From contig CAWGSK010000011.1 in assembly GCA_963825055.1 (NCBI GenBank), positions 32,001 to 96,000 of the forward strand: 64,000 nt of DNA, read 5' to 3'. The notes beneath the pieces are model-generated. The model worked only from the letters and a program-made list of their open reading frames with translations. It did no database searches and had not been told where the DNA came from. The stretch comes from an uncultured Gemmatimonadales bacterium. Lineage in GTDB: Bacteria; Gemmatimonadota; Gemmatimonadetes; Gemmatimonadales; GWC2-71-9. The translations under genes and the position numbers were made by a program. Positions 51,766 through 61,293 of the stretch are shown here, piece by piece (positions within the stretch are counted from its first letter, which is position 1; each line of letters begins with the position of its first letter).

Positions 51766-51876
51766 GGGGCCCGGCCCCGATCCGCACCCCCCGTCCGTCG
51801 CCTTGCGTCCGGAGGGAGAGCGGCGGTATGGTGAATCGCGCCGCAAGGATTCCCCGGCCCCCAGCCGTCGAGACCC

Positions 51877-53468
51877 ATGTCCCCGACCCGTCGCGAAGCC
51901 ATTGCCCGACTCGCCGCCCTCACTGCCGTGACTGCCCTGCCCCGCGTCCCCTGGCCATTCAGTTCCAGTGACCCGCTGGACGGTACCATCGCCGCCTGTC
52001 AGGCCGGGCTCCGGCGGGAACCTGGACCGCGGTCGAACTCACCGAGCGCGCGCTGGAACGTTGCCGGACCACCGGGCCGCGGCTGAACGCGATCGACGCG
52101 CTGGCGGACACCGCACTCGCCGAGGCGAAGGCCGCCGATGGGCGCCGGCGCGCGGGACGGCTTCGCGGCCCCCTGGACGGCATTCCCGTGTTTGCCAAGT
52201 CCATCTACGATATGCGCGGCCTGCCCACCACCGGATCCAGCGCGGCCTGGGCGCGGCTCTTCCCCGCCCCGGTGGACCGCGATGCGGTGGAGGTGGCCCG
52301 GATGCGCGCAGCCGGCGCCATCGTCCTTGGGAAGACCGCGGCAGACGACTTCGCCTACCGGGGCGTCGGCACCAGCAGCCACACCGGGCAGGTCCTGAAT
52401 CCGCACGACCCGACCGGGACACGCACCCCCGGCGGCTCGAGCGCGGGGTCGGCCGTCGCGGTGGCAACCGGCATGGCCTTCGCCGCCCTGGGGACGGACG
52501 ATGGCGGCTCCAACCGGATCCCCGCGGTCTGCACCGGCGTGGTCGGGATGAAGCCGACATTCGGACTTGTGCCCCGCACCGGCGTCATCCCCACCTGGCC
52601 ATACCTCGACACGCACGGGCCGCTGGCCCGCTCCGTGGCCGACGCGGCGCTGCTGCTCGCCGCCATCGCGGGACCGGACCCATCTGATCCCCTGGCCCTC
52701 ACCACCGCGTGGGAAGGCGCCGCGCTCGTTCAGCTCCCTGACGAGGCGCTCGCCGGTACGCGACTGGGCCTGGTCGAAGCCCACGTGCCCCGTTCGCAGA
52801 TGACGGCGGAGGCCCTGGCCGCCTGGGATCGCGCGGTGGACGACTTGCGCGCCGCCGGAGCGGTGGTCGAGCCGTTCACCCCCGCCGTCACCCGGGAAAC
52901 CGTGCAGGACATGTTCAAGGCATCCGCGGAGCGCCGCGGTGATCCCGCGCCCGACCCCCGCTCGCCGGCGCCAACCGCCAACGCGCTCTTCCTCTATTTC
53001 AGCGGGCGCACCGACACGCCGCGGGAAGCGGTGCGCCAGGGATACGAGGCCTATCGCTCGTTCTATGATGTGCTGCCGGAGACCTTCGGTGCCTGCGAGC
53101 CGCTGCTCGAGCAACCGATGGCCGGGGACCCGGCCGGGCGTTCCTTTGCCCGTTCGCGGGCGGAGGCGGTGACGGTGCTGGCCGCGTCGATGCGCGAGGC
53201 CGGGGTCACGGCCATGGTGTATCCCACCATGCCGTTCAATGCTTTCAGCCTGGCGGATGGCTGGCCCGACATCCGTACCCCCCTGGGATACGGGAACTGG
53301 ATGGGGCTCCCCGAAGTGTCGGTCCCGGCGGGGCTCGGTGCCGACGGGATGCCCGCGCTCAACCTTTCCGTGGTGGGGTTGCCGGGTGAGGATGCCCGCG
53401 TGCTGGCGCTGGCGCACGCGTACGAGCGGCAATCCCGGCGGTTTGTCGCACCCCGCCCCGGCAGGTAA
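51877..53468 (+). CDS. Amidase signature family enzyme (Tat signal), apparent frameshift near 52017
   Basis: TRREAI; after the shift GPLDGIPVFAK, GGSSAGS, GTDDGGS.RIPA. Confidence 0.85.
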
Positions 53469-53480
53469 CCGACGCGCGCC

Positions 53481-53993
53481 GTGTTGCCGCTCTGGCTCCG
53501 CTCGGCGATAACCACGCTGACCTTCCCCGGCGTGGTCGCGGGCCTCGTCCCCATCCTCCTGGGAACGGGCGGATGGCGTCTCCCCCTCCCACTCGGGCCG
53601 GCCCACTGGCTCGGCTTCCTCTTCCTGCTGCCCGGGGTCGCAGGGCTCTGGCTCACCATTGGGGATTTCGCACGGGAGGGCCAGGGCACGCTGGCGCCGT
53701 GGGATGCTCCGACGCGCCTGGTGCGCCGCCGCCTTTACGCGTGGGTGCGCAACCCGATGTATGTCGCGGTGCTTGCTGCCATCCTGGGGCAAGCCATCCT
53801 GTGGGCGTCGGGGGGGATACTGATCTATCTCGCCCTGATCGCTGCCGCATTCCACCTGCGGGTCGTCATCACCGAAGAACCCGTCCTTCGAAAGAAATTC
53901 GGCGCCGGTTTTGATACCTACATGAGCCAGGTTCCTCGATGGGTTCCCCGCCCGCCCGGGCATCCACCCCTGCCGCAGGGAGATAGTCCATGA
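53481..53993 (+). CDS. Isoprenylcysteine carboxyl methyltransferase/PEMT family membrane protein
   Basis: GQGTLAPW, Y.WVRNPMY, EE..L..KFG...Y...VPRW. Confidence 0.88.
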   Translation: MLPLWLRSAITTLTFPGVVAGLVPILLGTGGWRLPLPLGPAHWLGFLFLLPGVAGLWLTIGDFAREGQGTLAPWDAPTRLVRRRLYAWVRNPMYVAVLAAILGQAILWASGGILIYLALIAAAFHLRVVITEEPVLRKKFGAGFDTYMSQVPRWVPRPPGHPPLPQGDSP

Positions 53994-54383
53994 GGAAAAT
54001 GGCCGCCGCCGCGACACCGGATGCGTATGTTGCTGCTCTCCGGGGGTGGCGCCGCACGTGCGTCGAAGATCTCCGTGCGGCCGTCCGGGCTGCCCCCGGG
54101 CCTGGAGGAGGTGATCAAGTGGGGGCACCTGGTCTACATCGCCCGGGGACCCGCCTTGCTGATCCGGGCGGAGGATGAGCGCGTGCTGCTCGGCGTCTGG
54201 CGGGGGCAGCGCCTCGCCGCCATTGAGCCTCGTCTGAAGAAGGGCGGGAAGTACGAGATGGCCACGCTCGAGCTACGGAAAGGGATGACCATATCGTCCG
54301 CGACGGTGCGCCGCCTGGCCCGGGAAGCCGTCACACTCAACCGCAGACTCGGAGACCCAACCCTCACCGCCCGGGGCCGGTAG
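53990..54383 (+). CDS. DUF1801 protein, apparent frameshift near 54095
   Basis: PDAYVAAL.GWRR...LRAAV in one frame, LEEVIKWGHLVY...WRGQRL in the next. Confidence 0.75.
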
Positions 54384-54483
54384 AGGACCACGTCACACGG
54401 CGCTCCGTGTTTCGAATCTAAACGTTGGTCGTGCCCGTAAGGGGGGCGTTCCTCGACGTACTCCTCCTCCCACGGAGCACACC

Positions 54484-55725
54484 ATGAGGCGACACGTCGT
54501 CCTGCGCAGCCTGCTGGGAACGGCGCTGCTGGCCGGAGCGCTGCGGCCCGCCGCGGGTCAGACGCAGCCCCTGGATTCCCTGCTCCGCGCCCACCGCCTG
54601 CCCTTGTCCTTCGCGAACGACACACCGTCGGGCCCTGGCTGGAGCTTCATCGTGGAGCAGGCCTCGGCGATGCGGTTCGTGATGATCGGGGAGTCCCACT
54701 ACGTCCGCGAAATTCCGCTCTTCACCAGCCATCTCTTCCATGCGCTCCACGGCCGGGCCGGATTTCAATACCTGGCTGTGGAGGACGGGCCATGGGCGAT
54801 CGGCATGCTGATGCAGCCGGGCGTGCGCGGAGATCGAGCCGCGACCTATGCGCGCGTCGTCCGGTTCCCGAACGCGCTCCAGTTCCTGAATGACCAGGAC
54901 GTCGACCTGCTTGTCGCTGTGGGCGGGATGTCGTCTGGTGGCAGTAACGCGGTCTGGGGACTGGACCAGACCTGGGGCGTGATGCATATCCTGGAGCGGT
55001 TGCAGGCACTGGCAGCCTCTCCTGCGAAGGTGGCGGCCGTGGAACGGATAGCGGCCCGGGCGCGACCCGTGGAAGCCAATCGGCCGGACGAGAACAACCC
55101 CCGCTTCATCACACAGGGCCTGACGAAGGATGATCTCGACACGCTGCGCGCCGCCATTGCGGATGCGCCGCCCGAGGCGACCCGCCTGCTGGACATGCTC
55201 GAGACATCGTCCGAGATCTACGGCGCGCGCACTGATGGCCCCGCGATCTACCGGGCCAATGACCGACGCGAGCGATACATGAAGTCGCGGTTCGTCCAGG
55301 CCTACGATGCCGCGCGTGCCGCAGGCGATCCGGCACCGCGCGTTCTCCTCAAGTTCGGGCACTGGCACGCCATCCGGGGCGTACTCAACTGGGGCGACAT
55401 ACAGCCCCTGGGCACGTTCGTATCGGAGCTCGCTCATCGAGAGGGTGGGGAGTCACTGCACATCTGGACCGGACTGGTGGACGAGCCGGGCCGGTACTGG
55501 ACGCTCTACGATTCGCCGGACTACGTGCCGCTGGCCAGGGCCGGCAGTACGGACGGGTGGTGGGTGGTTGACCTGCGGGAGGTCCGGCCCCTGGTGGCAG
55601 CCGGGAAGGTGGACGGGGTCAACGACGAGATGCGGCGGATCATCTTCGGTTTCGATCTCGCCCTGCTGATCGGCAACGGCAACCGCGCCACCTACGACCA
55701 GCTGATGAAGGCCGCCGGGCAGTAA
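54484..55725 (+). CDS. Secreted protein, erythromycin esterase/ChaN-like fold
   Basis: FVMIGESH, YLAVE, WGLDQ, RERYM, KFGHWH motifs; signal peptide. Confidence 0.6.
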   Translation: MRRHVVLRSLLGTALLAGALRPAAGQTQPLDSLLRAHRLPLSFANDTPSGPGWSFIVEQASAMRFVMIGESHYVREIPLFTSHLFHALHGRAGFQYLAVEDGPWAIGMLMQPGVRGDRAATYARVVRFPNALQFLNDQDVDLLVAVGGMSSGGSNAVWGLDQTWGVMHILERLQALAASPAKVAAVERIAARARPVEANRPDENNPRFITQGLTKDDLDTLRAAIADAPPEATRLLDMLETSSEIYGARTDGPAIYRANDRRERYMKSRFVQAYDAARAAGDPAPRVLLKFGHWHAIRGVLNWGDIQPLGTFVSELAHREGGESLHIWTGLVDEPGRYWTLYDSPDYVPLARAGSTDGWWVVDLREVRPLVAAGKVDGVNDEMRRIIFGFDLALLIGNGNRATYDQLMKAAGQ

Positions 55726-55947
55726 CCCTCCAGCGGTTTTGCCGTCCGTGGCCAGCCTGGCCTTCGGTCGGCGAGGTCAGGTGACCTGGAGGGCGAGGCG
55801 CTTCGACGAAGCAGTCAGGTCGCAGGGGACAGCGGTGACATGCCCCACAGTCGCAGGCGAAACCTCGATGTACCTTGCTGTAACGGGGCGGCCGGCCCAC
55901 GCCCGGATCGCCCGAATGACCCCGGACCCCCACAGGAGCGCATTCTC

Positions 55948-56214
55948 ATGGAGATCATCGGCTTTCTCGTTTTCGGCCTGGTCGTCGGCGCACTGGCACG
56001 GCTCATCAAGCCGGGCCGGCAGAACCTGAGCCTGATGGCGACCCTGTTGCTCGGCGTGGTGGGATCGGTCATCGGGGGCATCATCGCCAGCTTCCTCGGC
56101 ACCGGCAGCATCATGGAGCTCAACGTCCTCGGCTCGATCGTCGCGATCATCTCCGCCGTGCTGCTGATCGGCGTGGCTGAGGGAATGTCGGGCGGGAAGC
56201 GCCCGCCGGCCTGA
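55948..56214 (+). CDS. GlsB/YeaQ/YmgE family membrane protein
   Basis: GLVVGALARLIKPG, TLLLGVVGSVIGG; AGGAG RBS. Confidence 0.88.
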   Translation: MEIIGFLVFGLVVGALARLIKPGRQNLSLMATLLLGVVGSVIGGIIASFLGTGSIMELNVLGSIVAIISAVLLIGVAEGMSGGKRPPA

Positions 56215-56219
56215 GAAGG

Positions 56220-56879
56220 GTGACGCCCTTCCAGCGGCAGGTGCGCGCCAGGGTCATCCAGGAGCTCCGTGACCGGTCACACGCGCCGTCGGTTGCGGAG
56301 CTCGAGGCGGGCCTCGATGCCACCGCAGCCGCGGTGCGCCAGGCCCTTCATGCGCTGGTGGATGCTCATCGGCTCGCGCTCCTCCCGGACTCCGATACCA
56401 TATGGATGGCCCACCCCTTCTCGGCTCTCCCGACCGTGCATGCCGTCCGCATCGGCAACCGCCGGTGGTATGCCAACTGCGCCTGGGACGGGCTGGCCAT
56501 CCTCGCGCTGCTCGGCGACGGAACGTTTGCAACCCGATGTCCCGCCAGCGACGAACCGATGGAGTACGAGGTCTATGGCCACCAGGTCCGCGGCACCGGA
56601 CTCGTGCATTTCCTGGTCCCGGCCCGTTCATTCTGGGATGATATCGGTTTCACCTGAGCCACCATCTCGGCGTTCCGGTCGGAACGCGCGCTGCACGAAT
56701 GGCTGGCATCGAAGGAGTACACGCCGGGTGCAACCGTGACCCCCCAGGCCCTCTACGACCTGTCGGTGGACTGGTACGCAAACCGGCTGGAGACCGACTG
56801 GCAGCCGGCGACGGCCGCCCAGGCACAGGCCATCCTCTCGCGCCATGGCCTGACCGGACCGTTCTGGACGCTGGCCTGA
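56220..56879 (+). CDS. merB: MerB-like organomercurial lyase, probable selenoprotein (Sec at TGA 56655-56657)
   Basis: N-terminal HTH, MAHPFS, ANCAWD (Cys/Asp catalytic pair), WDDIGFT-TGA, then 73 open in-frame codons (…WYANRL..DW…AQAIL..HGL.GPFW) to TGA 56879; SECIS-like hairpin follows the TGA. Confidence 0.85.
56658..56687 (+). promoter_or_regulatory. Putative bacterial SECIS element
   Basis: 12-nt spacer after UGA, then a perfect 7-bp stem GCGTTCC/GGAACGC (56670-56687) with GGTC apical loop. Confidence 0.75.
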
Positions 56880-56897
56880 CCATGATTCCCGGGGTCG

Positions 56898-58361
56898 CTA
56901 CGACCCCGGGCGCTGCAGGTATTCCCCGCTGAGTGAGTCGTAGACGCCGATCAGCGGCAACACGTTGCCCTGGTCATCGAACAGCCTGCCGCCCCACGAG
57001 ATCGGCTCCCAGATGGCCGCTCCCTTCCCCATGTCATCGGGAAGGCCGAATACGATGTCGTGCACCTCCCGTTTGAAGTCGGAATATTCCACCACGTTGA
57101 GCGGCTTGTGGTAGCGACCGGCCAGGTCGTGCAGGTTGGCGTTCAGGTCCTCCAGGGTGCCGTGCCAGCGGGGATAGTAGGACAGGCCGATGATGTCGAA
57201 CCGGACTCCCCGCGCCAGCATGTTGTCCAGCCAGAAGCGCGCCTCGGCGTTCTGCCCCCCAAGCGCGATGTGCATCATCACCGGGATGGCCGGATCTACC
57301 GCCTCCACGCCGTCCACTCCTGCCCGCAGCAGGCCCGCCAGCTGGTCCGGCTGGTCGATATGGCCGACCGGCCAGAGGAGGCCGTGATTGATCTCGTTCC
57401 CGACCTGGACCATGTCCGGAAGCGTGCCCTGCGCCTCCAGCGCCCGCAGTACGCGGGCCGTGTAGGTGCGCATGGAGTCCTGGAGCGCAGGATAGTCCGC
57501 CTCCGCCCACGCCAGCGGAATATTCTGCTGCTGCGGGTCGGCCCAGTAGTCACTGTAATGGAAATCGAGCAGAAGCTTGAGGCCGGCCGCCTTGACCCGT
57601 CGTGCCATGCTCAGGGTCGAGTCCAGCCCGCAGAAGCCGATGCCGGGGGAATACCCCTTCGGGTTCTCGGGATTCACGAAGATGCGCAGCCGGATGTAAT
57701 TGAAGCCGTGTCGCTTCAGGAGTTCGATCGCGTCCACCTTCTCCCCGTTTTCAAACACCCCCCCCGGTCCGCGGGAGAACCGGCCGGCCCGGTTTTCGAT
57801 CTCGGGGAGCCAGGAAATGTCCGCACCGATCATGCGATCGATGGGCTTGACGGTGGGCGGAAGCTGGTCGGACGCCGGGGTCATCAGCCGGACGTCTGCG
57901 GGGATGGTGTGGATTTCGTGCGCGCCCGGGTACAGGTGATCCGAGCGGGCTTCCACTTTTACCCGGTCCTGGGAGGTGCCGGCGCGCAGGCCCAGCCAGC
58001 GGGTCCCGTGGTCCAGGACCAGTGCGGCATACCGGGAACCCCCGGTGTCCGCCTCCATCGGCAGGGGCTCTCCGCCCCGCGACACGAGCGTGCCGTCCCC
58101 GGTCAGGTAGATCCGGACCGAGTCGCTCGCCGAGGTGATCTCCCGTCCCTGGCTGTCCGTCACGGCCACCCGGAGGCGGGTCGAGTCCGTCCCGTTGGCG
58201 CGGAGCGTGGTGCTGTAGCTCGTGAGCATGACAGCCAGAGGCGTGCCCGAGTCCACCCGGCTGGTCGCGGAGAAATCCGGCTGAGCGGCAGGGGCCCGGC
58301 CCCCGCATCCGGGCAGCGCGAGTGCCCAGAGCGCCGCCGCAGCGAACGGCAATGTCCTCAT
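56898..58361 (-). CDS. GH53 arabinogalactan endo-beta-1,4-galactanase with N-terminal Ig-like domain, lipoprotein
   Basis: LPGC lipobox; GADIS, RLRIFVNP, DFHYSDYWADP..Q, VQVGNEIN, GLSYYP.WHG. Confidence 0.9.
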   Translation of the reverse strand: MRTLPFAAAALWALALPGCGGRAPAAQPDFSATSRVDSGTPLAVMLTSYSTTLRANGTDSTRLRVAVTDSQGREITSASDSVRIYLTGDGTLVSRGGEPLPMEADTGGSRYAALVLDHGTRWLGLRAGTSQDRVKVEARSDHLYPGAHEIHTIPADVRLMTPASDQLPPTVKPIDRMIGADISWLPEIENRAGRFSRGPGGVFENGEKVDAIELLKRHGFNYIRLRIFVNPENPKGYSPGIGFCGLDSTLSMARRVKAAGLKLLLDFHYSDYWADPQQQNIPLAWAEADYPALQDSMRTYTARVLRALEAQGTLPDMVQVGNEINHGLLWPVGHIDQPDQLAGLLRAGVDGVEAVDPAIPVMMHIALGGQNAEARFWLDNMLARGVRFDIIGLSYYPRWHGTLEDLNANLHDLAGRYHKPLNVVEYSDFKREVHDIVFGLPDDMGKGAAIWEPISWGGRLFDDQGNVLPLIGVYDSLSGEYLQRPGS

Positions 58362-58455
58362 GATTCCCTCCCGGTCCGAGTATAGCGCGGTGGGGCGCGT
58401 CGGGACAGCGCACCCGGCTGCTGGCGGGCGGGCGCCCGGATGCTAGAATTGGGGG

Positions 58456-58902
58456 GTGCGCAAGTCCGTCCTCCTTTACGGCATCCTCGGCGGCGCCCTG
58501 ATCGCGCTGCTCAATGCCATCGAGTACCGCTATCTCGTCGTCGAGCATTCGGCGGCGATCTACGGCGGGCTGGTGGCACTGGTGTTCGCCACCCTCGGCA
58601 TCTGGCTCGGCCTTCGCCTCACGGGCCGGAGGGAACGGGTGGTCCTCCGGGAGATCCCGGTACCCGCCCCCGTGCCATTCACCAGAAACGAAGCGACCGT
58701 GTCCGCCACCGGGATCACGCCGCGCGAGCTGGAGATCCTCGAGTTCATCGCCGGGGGCCTGAGCAACCGGGAAATCGCCGAGCGGGCCTTCGTCAGCGAG
58801 AATACGGTCAAGACCCACTCCCGGCGGGTGTTCGAGAAACTCGGCGTCCGGCGGCGGACCCAGGCAGTCCAGCGGGGGAAGCAACTTGGGCTGATTCCGT
58901 AG
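58456..58902 (+). CDS. Membrane-anchored LuxR-type HTH regulator
   Basis: Two TM helices then ITPRELEIL...GLSNREIA...SENTVKTH; TGCTAGAAT extended -10 just upstream suggests a leaderless mRNA. Confidence 0.88.
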   Translation: MRKSVLLYGILGGALIALLNAIEYRYLVVEHSAAIYGGLVALVFATLGIWLGLRLTGRRERVVLREIPVPAPVPFTRNEATVSATGITPRELEILEFIAGGLSNREIAERAFVSENTVKTHSRRVFEKLGVRRRTQAVQRGKQLGLIP

Positions 58903-58947
58903 GCTGTGGGTCACCCGAAGGAGGGATTGTCCCGGTGTCCGGCGGAA

Positions 58948-58965
58948 ATCACCCCAACGGGTGAT
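58948..58965. promoter_or_regulatory. Palindrome ATCACCC-N4-GGGTGAT, probable LuxR operator
   Basis: Perfect 7-4-7 inverted repeat between the LuxR and DUF4199 genes; degenerate copy at 58910-58927. Confidence 0.6.
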
Positions 58966-59034
58966 GCGCGGACCGGGTGAGCGGCCCATACTGCCCGGGC
59001 ATATTCGGCTCACCCCTCACCGACGGAGTGTCAC

Positions 59035-59574
59035 ATGCAGCGCATTGTCTGGACCTTCGGCCTGATCGCCGGGGCCATCCTGGCGGCCCTGATGGCCGTC
59101 ACCATGCCGTTCGCCGAGAAGATTGGCGATATGGCGTACGTCGTCGGCTACACCAGCATGGTTCTGGCCTTCCTGATGGTGTATTTCGGCATCCGGTCGT
59201 ACCGTGATACGCTTGGGGGCGGCGCGGTACGCTTCGGGAAGGCGTTCACGGTCGGCCTGTTCATCACGCTGATCGCCTCCGCCTGTTACGTGCTGGCCTG
59301 GGAGGTCATCTCCCGCACCATGCTGCCGGACTATGCCGACCGGTATGCCGCGGCTGCAGTGGCGAAAACGGAGGCGTCGGGCGCCTCACCGACAGAGATC
59401 GAGGCCCGGCGCGCGGAGATGGCCAGGTTTGTCGAGTCCTACCGGAATCCCCTGTTCCGGGCCGGCATGACGTTCCTGGAGGTCTTTCCGGTGGGTCTGG
59501 TGGTGGTGCTGGTGAGCGCCGGCGTCCTCAGCCGGCGCCGCGGGGCACCCACACCCGAGACGGCGGAGGCCTGA
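59035..59574 (+). CDS. DUF4199 family membrane protein
   Basis: GY.SM..AF..VYFGIRSYRD, FGKAF.VGL.I.LIAS, TFLEVFPVG. Confidence 0.85.
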   Translation: MQRIVWTFGLIAGAILAALMAVTMPFAEKIGDMAYVVGYTSMVLAFLMVYFGIRSYRDTLGGGAVRFGKAFTVGLFITLIASACYVLAWEVISRTMLPDYADRYAAAAVAKTEASGASPTEIEARRAEMARFVESYRNPLFRAGMTFLEVFPVGLVVVLVSAGVLSRRRGAPTPETAEA

Positions 59575-59589
59575 GCGGCTCGGCGACCG

Positions 59590-60165
59590 ATGAAAACCCA
59601 GTACTACACCGCTTCCAGCCTGGACGGTTTCCTCGCCGATCCCGACGATTCCCTCGAGTGGCTCTTCCCGCTCGGCGACATCAATGACACCAGCTACCCG
59701 TCGTTCATCCGGGACGTCGGGGCGCTCGCCATGGGTTCGAGTACCTACGAATGGATGCTGCGGCACGTTATCGCTCCCGACGCGGACCCGCCCCGGGCCT
59801 GGCCCTACGAGCAGCCCGCGTGGGTATTCACCACGCGCAGCCTGCCATCGGTGCCGGGCGCCGACATCCGCTTCGTCCGGGGCGACGTCCGGCCGGTGCA
59901 TGCCGCCATGGTTGCCGCGGCCGGCGGGAAGAATCTATGGATCGTCGGGGGCGGAGACCTGGCCGGCCAGTTCCATGACCATGGCCTGCTGGACGAGCTG
60001 TTCGTGCAGGTGGCCTCGGTGACCCTGGGAGCCGGAAAACCGCTCCTGCCGAGGACCATCACGAGTCCTCCCCTCCGCCTGATATCCGTACGTGCGGTCG
60101 GAACCGGGTTTGCGGAACTCCACTATGAAGTCCCTCGACCGCGCGGCGCCTCGACTGCCCCTTAG
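59590..60165 (+). CDS. Dihydrofolate reductase family (RibD C-terminal-like) protein
   Basis: ASSLDGFLA, MGSSTYE, WIVGGG.LA, LLDEL, LG.GKPL. Confidence 0.9.
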   Translation: MKTQYYTASSLDGFLADPDDSLEWLFPLGDINDTSYPSFIRDVGALAMGSSTYEWMLRHVIAPDADPPRAWPYEQPAWVFTTRSLPSVPGADIRFVRGDVRPVHAAMVAAAGGKNLWIVGGGDLAGQFHDHGLLDELFVQVASVTLGAGKPLLPRTITSPPLRLISVRAVGTGFAELHYEVPRPRGASTAP

Positions 60166-60178
60166 AGGAGAGGCAAAC

Positions 60179-60832
60179 ATGCTCCAGATGGTCTGCCCTG
60201 TCCTGGCGTGCGACACCCGGGACAACGACCGCCAGCGGGGCGTTACATCATCTACCTGCACGCCAGGATGCTGGAGGGGGCGGCCGCCAGCCAGCTGATC
60301 CCGACTACGGCACTTACGAGTACGAGGCGATCCTCGACAGCCTCCGGCGGCCCGGCTACCGGGTGCTGAGCGACCAGCGCCCGCCCGGACTGGCCATTGA
60401 TACGTTCGTTACGGCTCTCACGCGCCAGGTGGACAGCCTGCTCAGAACCGGGGTATCGCCGCAGGCGATCACGGTCGTCGGCTTCTCCCGTGGCGCGGCC
60501 ATCGCCATCCTGGCGTCATCCCGCCTCCACAACCCCGCCATCAACTACGTCTTCATGGCGGGATGCGGAGACTGGGCCTTCGAGCTGCCTGACCTGCATG
60601 TCACGGGTCGTATTCTTTCCATGTATGAGACGAGCGACTCCCTCGGGGTTTCGTGCGCTCCCCTCTTTGCACGTGCGGGCCCGGGTCGGTCGTCCAGGAG
60701 GTCCCGCTCAGCCTCGGGCTGGGCCACGGCACGTTTTTCCAGCCGCGAACCGCCTGGCTTGCGCCGGCGCTGGCGTGGGCCGCCGGGCATGAACCACCGC
60801 GCACGGGGTCTCCCCAGGCCCGAATGAACTGA
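60179..60832 (+). CDS. Alpha/beta hydrolase, several apparent frameshifts
   Basis: Across frames: RYIIYLH, YGTYEYEAIL, VVGFSRG nucleophile elbow, SD, LGHGTFF. Confidence 0.65.
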
Positions 60833-60854
60833 CCCAGCGGAACGGAGCGGTCCC

Positions 60855-61293
60855 ATGGCCATGAATCCCCGCACCTGGTACCCCATCGCCGCCGTCCTGA
60901 CGGCGGTCAACGTCGCCGGCGTCGCCTTTGCCGTCCTGCCCGGCGAGCCATGGCACGCCACGCTGCACGCGGTGCTTGCCGTTGGCTGCGGCGTCTGGGC
61001 ACAGAGCCTTCGGATGCGCAGGGCGGGCCGGAAAGCTGGAGGAAGGTGACGAGGCCCGACAGCTCGACGTCCGGGACGATGTCGATGACCTCCGCGGTGA
61101 AATGGCCGAGTTGCAGGAACGGCTGGACTTCACCGAGCGACTCCTGAACCAGGCGCGCGAGGAAGGCCGGCAGCAGCGGCGCCACTACTCTAATTCCCCT
61201 TCGGCTCATCCGGCCAACGCCGAAACCGCTCTGCACTCCCGGATTACGGATCGTACCGCAGGACGGCCCCGACGTCGGACATGTTCCCGTTGA
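60855..61293 (+). CDS. Small membrane protein with C-terminal coiled coil, apparent frameshift near 61030
   Basis: Two TM helices (WYPIA…HATLHA.LAV) in one frame, ELQERLDFTERLL in another; true 3' end uncertain. Confidence 0.6.
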
